Source: Candidatus Ruminimicrobiellum ovillum (GTDB lineage Bacteria; Elusimicrobiota; Endomicrobiia; Endomicrobiales; Endomicrobiaceae). Taken from it: a stretch of 64,000 nt of DNA. The translations under genes were made by a program, and so were the position numbers. The stretch covers positions 185,907-249,906 of the forward strand of contig DJWX01000011.1 of the NCBI GenBank assembly GCA_002448285.1. Direction: 5' to 3'. Positions 56,971 through 64,000 of this stretch are shown one piece after another. Under the pieces are notes generated by a model. It was not told the DNA's origin and made no database searches. It saw nothing but the letters and a program-made list of their open reading frames with translations. Numbering within the stretch: position 1 is the first letter of the stretch; every line of letters starts with the position of its first letter.

Positions 56971-57613
56971 TTGTTATCTTCTCTAAACAAAAATCAGCTT
57001 TATCTTTCAATGCTTTTTTATCTGCTCCGTATCCCCACAAAGCAACAAGCGATAAAACTCCTGCTTTCTTTGCAGCCTCAATATCGCTTAAACAATCGCC
57101 AACCATTATAGTTTTTTCTTTTGGCAGATTATATTTTGAAACTATCTCTTCTATCATTTGTTGCTTTGTCAATTTTTTATCGTCGTATTTATCTACCATA
57201 TAAACATCGTCGAAAAAATCTATATTTAAACTTTTTACTAATCGCAATGTAGGAATCTTCGGTTTGTTTGTGGCAATAAATATTTTTTTGTTATTTTGTT
57301 TCAAATATAACAGACAATCCCTAATACCGTCATATAATTTCGTTATATCTTTTTCATCATAATCATAAATTTTTCTGTATTCCGAAACTATGTTGTTTAC
57401 AATATTTTCATCCGTTAAATCGGGCTTTACTATTTTTGCTATTTCCGCTAAAGACGGTCCCATAACGGACGGATTTAATCTCTCTTTATCAAAAGAAACA
57501 TTGCATTTGTTAAAAGCTTTTTCTATACAAGATAAAACTTCATCTGCGGTATCTGCCAAAGTTCCGTCAAAATCGAAAATAAAATTGTCGTACTCATTAA
57601 ATCGCTTCAACAT
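56963..57613 (-). CDS. HAD-superfamily hydrolase (phosphoglycolate phosphatase-like)
   Basis: FIFDFDGTLADT (motif I), IATNK (motif II), and MVGDCLSDIEAAKKAG (motifs III/IV). Confidence 0.8.
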   Translation of the reverse strand: MLKRFNEYDNFIFDFDGTLADTADEVLSCIEKAFNKCNVSFDKERLNPSVMGPSLAEIAKIVKPDLTDENIVNNIVSEYRKIYDYDEKDITKLYDGIRDCLLYLKQNNKKIFIATNKPKIPTLRLVKSLNIDFFDDVYMVDKYDDKKLTKQQMIEEIVSKYNLPKEKTIMVGDCLSDIEAAKKAGVLSLVALWGYGADKKALKDKADFCLEKITND

Positions 57614-58421
57614 TTACTCCGGTTTCTTCTATCAACTTTTTATATCTGTCTTCAAGCATAACAATTCTCTTTTCATCTTCTTTATATATCATTTCGTAGA
57701 ATTTTCTTTTATTCTTAAGCCACATCAACTCAAAACCTACAGCTTTTAAAATTCCTTTATCTATGTTTTTATCTTCAAATGCTTTCTGTGCATCGAAAAC
57801 TATTTTTCTTGTTTCAAATTTATATAAAGAATTTTTAGGTAATCTTTTGAAAAACGGCATTGAATGGAAAGACACCCCGCCGCCGATAATAAACTTTTTA
57901 TTATATTTTTGGCACAATGCAGCCATCTTGTTTGCAATTTCAAATATTTCTTCACAATTGATATCTTCTCTGGTTAATCCCATGGAACCGGTCATATCTA
58001 CTCTACCCAAAACTATACCGCTTATATCACCGGAATTTTTCGATTTTAATATATCTTCCAAATTATTAAAACCGGTTATTGTTTCTATGTTCATATAGAA
58101 AGATATGTCTTGCCTTTCTTCTTCCGGAAAAACAAATTTTGTTGCTTGAACATATTTTTTTGCAGCATAAGCGGTTTCTATCATCGGAGCAACTATCGTG
58201 TTCACACCTATAGTTCTTGCATCATACATATCTTTTATAGCTTCACATCCGCCTGTTTTTATTGTTAATTCAAGGCCCGCTTTTGTTACAACTTCTTTTA
58301 ACCTTAAAGCTTCTTCCATTCTTGTGCCTTCAGCCTCAAATTCCGCTTTAACACCGATAACATTGTGTTCTTGCCTTAAATTTTCTAACGTGTGAACCAT
58401 TCTCTTTTCTAAATTATTCAT
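57597..58421 (-). CDS. HpcH/HpaI aldolase / citrate-lyase-beta-like TIM-barrel protein
   Basis: EFEAEG...VAPMIETAYAAKK...NIETITG...VLGRVDM pattern. The family assignment is tentative. Confidence 0.45.
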   Translation of the reverse strand: MNNLEKRMVHTLENLRQEHNVIGVKAEFEAEGTRMEEALRLKEVVTKAGLELTIKTGGCEAIKDMYDARTIGVNTIVAPMIETAYAAKKYVQATKFVFPEEERQDISFYMNIETITGFNNLEDILKSKNSGDISGIVLGRVDMTGSMGLTREDINCEEIFEIANKMAALCQKYNKKFIIGGGVSFHSMPFFKRLPKNSLYKFETRKIVFDAQKAFEDKNIDKGILKAVGFELMWLKNKRKFYEMIYKEDEKRIVMLEDRYKKLIEETGVNVEAI

Positions 58422-58435
58422 TTTTATATCCTATT

Positions 58436-59278
58436 CTATTTTATTTGTTTATAATAATTATATAATTTTTTTAAACCTTGTTTAATGTCGGTAAATTTTA
58501 AATTTTGTATTTCCGATAATAAAACAGAATTATCACCGGTATATTCATTATTCATAATTTTGTTTTTTATAGTTATATTTACTTTATTATTTTCAAAAGC
58601 ATTAACTATTTCGGCTATTTCCAAAAGACTTATACTTTGCGATGGTGTTATGTTTATTATATTGTTTTTAGCATCGTTTTCTATAAAGTAATAAACAATT
58701 TTTTCCATATCTTCAACCCAAAGATAATCGAAAACAACATTTTGATTTATTTCTATATTTTTACCGTCAATAACACTTTTAATTGCATAGGTAGGAAATC
58801 TGGTTTCTTTTTCTCCGTATCCGTAACAAGCGAAAATGTTTAACATTAAAAAATCTCTTCTTTCCTTAATTTTTTCAGCAATCAACATTTTCGATCTACC
58901 ATACAAATCTTCAGGTATAACTTTACCTATTTCTTCTTCTTTAACTTTGTGTAAATTTCTTGATTTATCGTACATTGCACCGGAACCGAACAAAATAACT
59001 CGAGTATCATCGGATTTATATTTTAAAATGTTATCAATCATTGCAAGATTATCTTCAATGGTTGTATTTTTATCTTGAACATCTCTTACACCGCCGACCG
59101 ATGCACAATGAATTATAAAATCGATTTTATTTTCTTCAAAATATTTTTTAACTTCGTTCGAATTTGTTAAATTAAGTTCAAAGCTGCGAGGAGTTAAAAG
59201 ATTATATTTATATTTTAAATATTCTTTTAAATTCTTGCCTATGAATCCGCCTGAACCGGTTAATAATATTGTTTTCAT
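58436..59278 (-). CDS. NAD(P)-dependent sugar epimerase/reductase (extended SDR, about the length of RfbS/YerF)
   Basis: ILLTGSGGFIGKNL Rossmann motif and catalytic YGRSK. Confidence 0.75.
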   Translation of the reverse strand: MKTILLTGSGGFIGKNLKEYLKYKYNLLTPRSFELNLTNSNEVKKYFEENKIDFIIHCASVGGVRDVQDKNTTIEDNLAMIDNILKYKSDDTRVILFGSGAMYDKSRNLHKVKEEEIGKVIPEDLYGRSKMLIAEKIKERRDFLMLNIFACYGYGEKETRFPTYAIKSVIDGKNIEINQNVVFDYLWVEDMEKIVYYFIENDAKNNIINITPSQSISLLEIAEIVNAFENNKVNITIKNKIMNNEYTGDNSVLLSEIQNLKFTDIKQGLKKLYNYYKQIK

Positions 59279-60255
59279 TTTTTCCTTTTAATTTTAAAAA
59301 ATAAAATTTTAACTTTCCTATAATCATTTTCATATTTTATTGTTCTTATATCTAAAATAAATCTAATAAAATTTTTTAAATAATAGAAACAACAACACAC
59401 AGTGCTTATAAAATAATCATTAATAAATTTTAAACTCCAAACCTTATCAATTCTTAAATAGTCAAAATAAAGCCAATCTTTGGTTCGTGGCATCGACATA
59501 GTATTCCATGGCTTTTTCTTATAAGTATAATGGATAATAGCCGGAAATTTAGCTGCTTGAATAATTTTTTTACGATTAGGATTATATCTTCTTTCGGGAG
59601 TTGAGCGATAAAAACTATCTTGGACATTCCATTTATAATCAAGTTCTTTTATTTTCCCACTACAAACAGCATTTATCACATCCTGATCACCGATTTTAAT
59701 TTTATCTCCATCTTTAATTGTAAATTCCATCAGTTTGTTATATAGTTTATCTTGTCTCCAGCGTTTAAGATTTATTAAAAGAACTCCGGCATTAATATAA
59801 AAACTACTCTTATATATAAATTCGGGATTATATTGTCTTAAATAATAATATCCTATATCTTCTACCCCGGCTAAATAATAATCTTTTATATCTGTTTCAA
59901 AAAGTTCTGCAAGAGATTGTTTTATGATAACGTCACAGTCAAGATATATTATTTTTGAAATATCACGGCATAACTCAGATATTTTATAACGAAAATATGT
60001 TGTATTTGAAATATGTTTTCCACCAGCAGGAAAAGAAATAAAATCTTTTATATCAACATCTAAAAATTCAACTCCAAAGTCTTTGAATTTTTTTAATGAA
60101 TTAATATATTGTTTTGAATTATTAGAAACTTTATCACATAGAATATAAAAATGTAATTCATCATCTTTATTTGCTGTTTGTAATATGGAAACCATTGCTG
60201 TCGCCATATATTTCAAATAATTTTCATCGGTAGCAAAACAAATATTTATTTGCAT
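59275..60255 (-). CDS. Family 8 glycosyltransferase (LPS alpha-1,3-Gal/Glc transferase-like)
   Basis: INICFATDENYLKYMATAMVSIL, YLDCDVII (DxD), NAGVLLINLKRWR, DQDVINAV. Confidence 0.8.
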   Translation of the reverse strand: MQINICFATDENYLKYMATAMVSILQTANKDDELHFYILCDKVSNNSKQYINSLKKFKDFGVEFLDVDIKDFISFPAGGKHISNTTYFRYKISELCRDISKIIYLDCDVIIKQSLAELFETDIKDYYLAGVEDIGYYYLRQYNPEFIYKSSFYINAGVLLINLKRWRQDKLYNKLMEFTIKDGDKIKIGDQDVINAVCSGKIKELDYKWNVQDSFYRSTPERRYNPNRKKIIQAAKFPAIIHYTYKKKPWNTMSMPRTKDWLYFDYLRIDKVWSLKFINDYFISTVCCCFYYLKNFIRFILDIRTIKYENDYRKVKILFFKIKRKK

Positions 60256-60317
60256 AAGTATATCCTAAATTTTTCTGCTTACATACAAGACTATGCATAT
60301 ATAATAAATACATTTAC

Positions 60318-61325
60318 TTACTTTATTCTCCAAAAATTATATTTTTTCTTACCATTGAACATACTTATTATCTTAAGAGGCAAATATAGAAAAATAAAAC
60401 TTACTAAAACAAACAGAATAATTTCAAGTCTCATTATAAAACTTGAACAAAAGCAAAAATAACTCATAATATTCTGTAATAAAAAGCCATTCTCCTTTAT
60501 AATTCCACGTGCAATTTCACGAAAAACAACGTTTACTATAGGATCGGTATGTTTATGTTTTACACCCTGAGATTTATCTGAATCTTCTGTCAACCAACTC
60601 TTAACAATATTAAGTCTCAATTTATCATCTTTAATTAATAACATACAATTAAAAATCGCAGCAAAAAAGGATTTTACAGGGTATAATTCGCTTGGAATAT
60701 TTCCTCTTGTATAAGAGGAATCAACTCCAGCATCCCAACCTCCATAAATTGCAACAGGATTTCCTTTTAGATAATAGAACGATTTATTTTTATCATTTAT
60801 TACCTTGCAAAAAAGTGGTGCATGCGGGCAATAACTACTTATTGAATCATATACATTTCTCATAACTTCACTATTTATAATTGATGTTTTATAAATACAA
60901 CCAGATAAGAAAACGCATTGTTTTATTCTATCTTCGAATGTTGGATTGACAAATATTTGAGCAATGACTATACAATCATGATCTTCAATCATGGCATCTT
61001 CAACTTCTTTCCAATTTTGCCAATCATAGTAATCATCATCACCTAATATCCAAAAATATTTTTTATTTGCAAATTCAATGGCTTTGGCAATATTAGCATT
61101 TCCACCCACATTATATTTATTTTTAATAACTGAAACATTTTTGTATCTACTACTAAATTCATTACAAATATCTTGTGTGCTATCCGTAGAGTTGTTATTT
61201 AATATTGTTATTTTACAATCTTTTACAGGACAACTATTAGATAAAATTTCCTTAAGTGTTTTTTTTAAACTTTCAGCCCTATTATATGTAATAATTATCA
61301 ACTCTAAATCATCTTTTATACTCAT
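60318..61325 (-). CDS. Family 2 glycosyltransferase with a C-terminal membrane anchor
   Basis: LELIIITYNRAESLKKTL...ILNNNSTDST...LGDDDY. The C-terminal segment is hydrophobic. Confidence 0.7.
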   Translation of the reverse strand: MSIKDDLELIIITYNRAESLKKTLKEILSNSCPVKDCKITILNNNSTDSTQDICNEFSSRYKNVSVIKNKYNVGGNANIAKAIEFANKKYFWILGDDDYYDWQNWKEVEDAMIEDHDCIVIAQIFVNPTFEDRIKQCVFLSGCIYKTSIINSEVMRNVYDSISSYCPHAPLFCKVINDKNKSFYYLKGNPVAIYGGWDAGVDSSYTRGNIPSELYPVKSFFAAIFNCMLLIKDDKLRLNIVKSWLTEDSDKSQGVKHKHTDPIVNVVFREIARGIIKENGFLLQNIMSYFCFCSSFIMRLEIILFVLVSFIFLYLPLKIISMFNGKKKYNFWRIK

Positions 61326-61373
61326 TTTAACTCTCTAAAAACACTTTTTTTATATACTTTTAAATATTTTTTA

Positions 61374-62744
61374 TTAATTTCCTTCTCTTACAAACTTGTG
61401 TATCAATTCCGAAATTTTATCCATTTCTTTTTTACCGAGTTCGGGAAATACACCTACCCAAAAAGTGTTGTTCATTATGTATTCCGTATTGGGTAACTTT
61501 TTGTATTCTTTTTCTGTTAATTTGTTTGACATCAACAAAGGAGATTTGCCTATCTTTAAAGGAACATTATTTTCCGTCATCATCGGTTGTCTCAAAATAT
61601 TCCCTGCAAAAAGATGCCTTGTTCCTACTCCGTTTTGTTCCAAATATTCAACAAGTTGTTGTTTCGTAAATTTATTATTTTGTTTTACGGTTAGCAAAAG
61701 CCCAAACCAAGACGGTTCTGTTCCTTTTTCAATTTTCGGAAATATAAAATAATTTTTCAAATCTTTTAATTTTTGCATTAAATATTTTGCATTTTGTGTT
61801 CTTTTCTGTAAGAATTTAGGAAATTTTTTTAATTGACTTAAACCTACCGCTGCCTGAAAATCCGTTATTTTTAAGTTGTAACCTATATGAGAATATGTAT
61901 ATTTATGGTCGTACCCGAAAGGAAGTTTCCCGCATTGCATAGAAAATCTTTTTCCGCAACTGTTATCTTTCCCAGGTTTACACCAACAATCTCTTCCCCA
62001 ATCTCTGAAAGACATTATTATTCTATACAACAGAGAATCGTTAGTTACAACAGCTCCGCCTTCACCCATAGTTATATGATGTGCAGGATAAAAGCTGAAA
62101 GTTCCTATATGACCTACAGTCCCGACTTTTTGTTTTTTATACAATGCTCCCAAAGCATCGCAACTGTCCTCTATAAGCCACAAATTATATTTTTTACATA
62201 ATTTTAAAATTTTATCTAAATTAAAAGGATTACCCAACGTGTGAGCAACAAATATTGCTTTTGTTTTTTTTGTTATTGCTTCTTCGATTTTATTTTCATC
62301 AATATTACAAGTTTCCAATTTGCAATCTACAAACACAGGAACAAGTCCCAACTGAATTATCGGATTTATTGTAGTAGGAAAACCGGAAGCGACTGTTATA
62401 ACTTCATCCCCTTTTTTTATTTGTTTTTTCCCAAGTTTATAAGATGTTAATGCCGATAGTGCCAAAAGATTTGCACTTGAACCGGAATTTGTTGTAAGTG
62501 CATACTTTACACCTAAAAACTTTGCAAAACTTTTTTCGAATTCATCGTTAAATCTGCCGGTGGTAAGCCACATATCGAGAGAAGCATCTATTAAATTGCA
62601 TAAGTCTTTCTCATCCAAAACTTTACCGGAAACGGGAATATATTTTTTCAAATCTCTTTTTGGTTTATTAAATTTAAAATAACAACCTGCTGCTTTTTTT
62701 ACCGAATTTCTTAATGTATCGTTTTTATTCATATTTTTTTCCAA
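61374..62744 (-). CDS. rfbH: CDP-6-deoxy-L-threo-D-glycero-4-hexulose-3-dehydrase (E1, RfbH/DdhC)
   Basis: MWLTTGRFNDEFEKSFAKFLGV, TTNSGSSANLLALSALTS, FYPAHHITMGEGG, and the Fe-S motif DWGRDCWCKPGKDNSCGKRF. These match Salmonella RfbH closely, as I recall its sequence. Confidence 0.88.
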   Translation of the reverse strand: MEKNMNKNDTLRNSVKKAAGCYFKFNKPKRDLKKYIPVSGKVLDEKDLCNLIDASLDMWLTTGRFNDEFEKSFAKFLGVKYALTTNSGSSANLLALSALTSYKLGKKQIKKGDEVITVASGFPTTINPIIQLGLVPVFVDCKLETCNIDENKIEEAITKKTKAIFVAHTLGNPFNLDKILKLCKKYNLWLIEDSCDALGALYKKQKVGTVGHIGTFSFYPAHHITMGEGGAVVTNDSLLYRIIMSFRDWGRDCWCKPGKDNSCGKRFSMQCGKLPFGYDHKYTYSHIGYNLKITDFQAAVGLSQLKKFPKFLQKRTQNAKYLMQKLKDLKNYFIFPKIEKGTEPSWFGLLLTVKQNNKFTKQQLVEYLEQNGVGTRHLFAGNILRQPMMTENNVPLKIGKSPLLMSNKLTEKEYKKLPNTEYIMNNTFWVGVFPELGKKEMDKISELIHKFVREGN

Positions 62745-62750
62745 AAATTT

Positions 62751-63827
62751 TCAACATTTTTTTGTTTTGCAAAATTCTTTTATTTGTTCAACACAAACTT
62801 TTTTCATGTCTTTTTTTTGTTGATATGATTTTGTCCAATCTACAATTTTGTTTAGAGTAGTATTTATGTTCCATCTCGGAACCCATTTCAACTCTTTTTT
62901 TGCTTTTGATATATCCAATTTTAAATAATGTGCTTCGTGAGGTTGTTTGGTTTTGGTTACAGTATATTTAGCACCGGGAAAAATTTTGCATAAAATTCTA
63001 ACTATCTGTTCCACGTTTTTTGTATCTTTCTTTTCGGGTCCGAAATTCCAAGCGGTTGCAAACTGTTTTTTACCATTTAATAAATTCGCCCCTAACATCA
63101 AATAACCGCTAATAGGCTCTAAAACATGCTGCCATGGTCTTATTGCCTGCGGACTTCTTATTTCCAGTTTTTTAGCGAAAAGCACGGCTTTAATAAAGTC
63201 AGGTATTAATCTGTCTTTTGCAAAATCTCCGCCACCGATAACATTTCCTGCTCTTGCCGAAGCTATTAGTGTTTTATGTGTTTTGCCGTAATCTTTTATA
63301 TTGAAAAAAGAATCTCTGTAGGAAGAAATTATTATTTCACAAGCTGCTTTCGATGCACTGTAAGGATCGTAACCGCCTAAAGAATCTGTTTCTTTAAATG
63401 CTTTTCCTGTTTCGTTGTTAAGATATACTTTATCGGTTGTAATCGCAACTACGGCTTTAATGAATTTATTTTCTTTTACTGCTTCTAAAACATTTGCTGT
63501 TCCTATGACATTTGTGTTAAAAGTATTTAGAGTTTCTTCGTAAGATAATCTTACCAACGGTTGTGCTGCCAAATGAAATATTATTTCCGGTTTATATTTT
63601 TTTATTACGGATTTTAATTTTTTAAAATCATTTATGTCTGCTCTGATATCAACACATTTCGGTTTTGTTAATTCAAATAATGAAGGTTTGGTAGGAATAT
63701 CAATTGAATAACCTATGACTTTTGCACCTAACATTTCCAACCACAAACAAAGCCAAGTGCCTTTAAAACCGGTATGACCTGTAACTAAAACTTTTTTATT
63801 TTTATATATATTATTAAACATCGTCAT
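62751..63827 (-). CDS. rfbG: CDP-glucose 4,6-dehydratase
   Basis: KKVLVTGHTGFKGTWLCLWLEMLGAKVIGYS and YSASKAACE (YxxxK). Confidence 0.88.
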   Translation of the reverse strand: MTMFNNIYKNKKVLVTGHTGFKGTWLCLWLEMLGAKVIGYSIDIPTKPSLFELTKPKCVDIRADINDFKKLKSVIKKYKPEIIFHLAAQPLVRLSYEETLNTFNTNVIGTANVLEAVKENKFIKAVVAITTDKVYLNNETGKAFKETDSLGGYDPYSASKAACEIIISSYRDSFFNIKDYGKTHKTLIASARAGNVIGGGDFAKDRLIPDFIKAVLFAKKLEIRSPQAIRPWQHVLEPISGYLMLGANLLNGKKQFATAWNFGPEKKDTKNVEQIVRILCKIFPGAKYTVTKTKQPHEAHYLKLDISKAKKELKWVPRWNINTTLNKIVDWTKSYQQKKDMKKVCVEQIKEFCKTKKC

Positions 63828-64000
63828 TTTTTGTTAAGCCAAACCGACCAAGGAGCTTTTCCTTTTTGCCACATATCGGTTAATTCTTCTTTTTCTCTTA
63901 ACGTATCCATAGGTTTCCAAAAACCAAAATGCTTAAAAGCATTTAATTGATTATCTTTTGCTAAATTTTCAAGAGGAGCTCTTTCAAAAATTATATTATC
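63824..64000 (-). CDS. rfbF: Glucose-1-phosphate cytidylyltransferase, C-terminal 58 codons (runs off the window)
   Basis: My manual translation is ...PLENLAKDNQLNAFKHFGFWKPMDTLREKEELTDMWQKGKAPWSVWLNKK*. The stop forms an ATGA overlap with rfbG. Confidence 0.8.
   Translation of the reverse strand, partial: DNIIFERAPLENLAKDNQLNAFKHFGFWKPMDTLREKEELTDMWQKGKAPWSVWLNKK

Overview
AT-rich (about 30% GC by eye) chromosomal segment from a diderm, LPS-making bacterium. It is very gene dense: about 57 genes, and all but two are on the minus strand. Many junctions overlap by 1 or 4 nt (TAATG / ATGA), which suggests long co-translated operons.

Gene order in the direction of transcription (high to low coordinates):
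- a CDP-3,6-dideoxyhexose and branched-sugar glycan locus (rfbF-rfbG-rfbH, GT2, GT8, SDR, aldolase-like, HAD, ALS/YerE-like ThDP enzyme, FkbM methyltransferase)
- HD-tgt-yajC-HD-secD-secF
- an MsbA-like ABC exporter with more glycosyltransferases
- tRNA-Glu-serS, running directly into a minimal Tad/Flp pilus locus (tadE-flp-cpaB-cpaF-tadB-tadC)
- ugd
- a hybrid type IV pilus / type II secretion-like operon (pilB-pilC, 4 pilin-like genes, pilM-pilN-pilO/P, secretin, response regulator, helical-repeat protein)
- a CIRCE-controlled hrcA-grpE-dnaK ... dnaJ heat-shock locus, interrupted by a 580-bp structured non-coding region and an inserted secreted WG-repeat gene
- a TPR/LolB-like gene, then ispE-spoVG-tRNA-Gln
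- hit-rpsU-NIF3-dnaG-rpoD
- bamA-lpxD-lpxC/fabZ-lpxA-lpxI

I found no rRNA, CRISPR array, transposase, integrase, phage gene or recognisable defence system.

The most unusual items are:
1. A ~280-aa K/E-rich repeat coiled coil inserted inside a BamA POTRA domain, with skp absent from its usual position.
2. Two type IV filament systems back to back with only one secretin. This includes a CpaF fused to a P-loop-dead TadZ/ParA-like domain, a PilO-PilP fusion and a degenerate tandem MshEN-like PilB N-terminus.
3. A cluster of covarying GC-rich hairpins and a direct-repeat-flanked gene cassette between dnaK and dnaJ.
4. A structured hrcA leader with an SD-mimic / anti-SD arrangement.
5. A yersiniose-like branched dideoxyhexose gene set.

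All functional calls rest on motif recognition by eye in the supplied translations. No database search was run.
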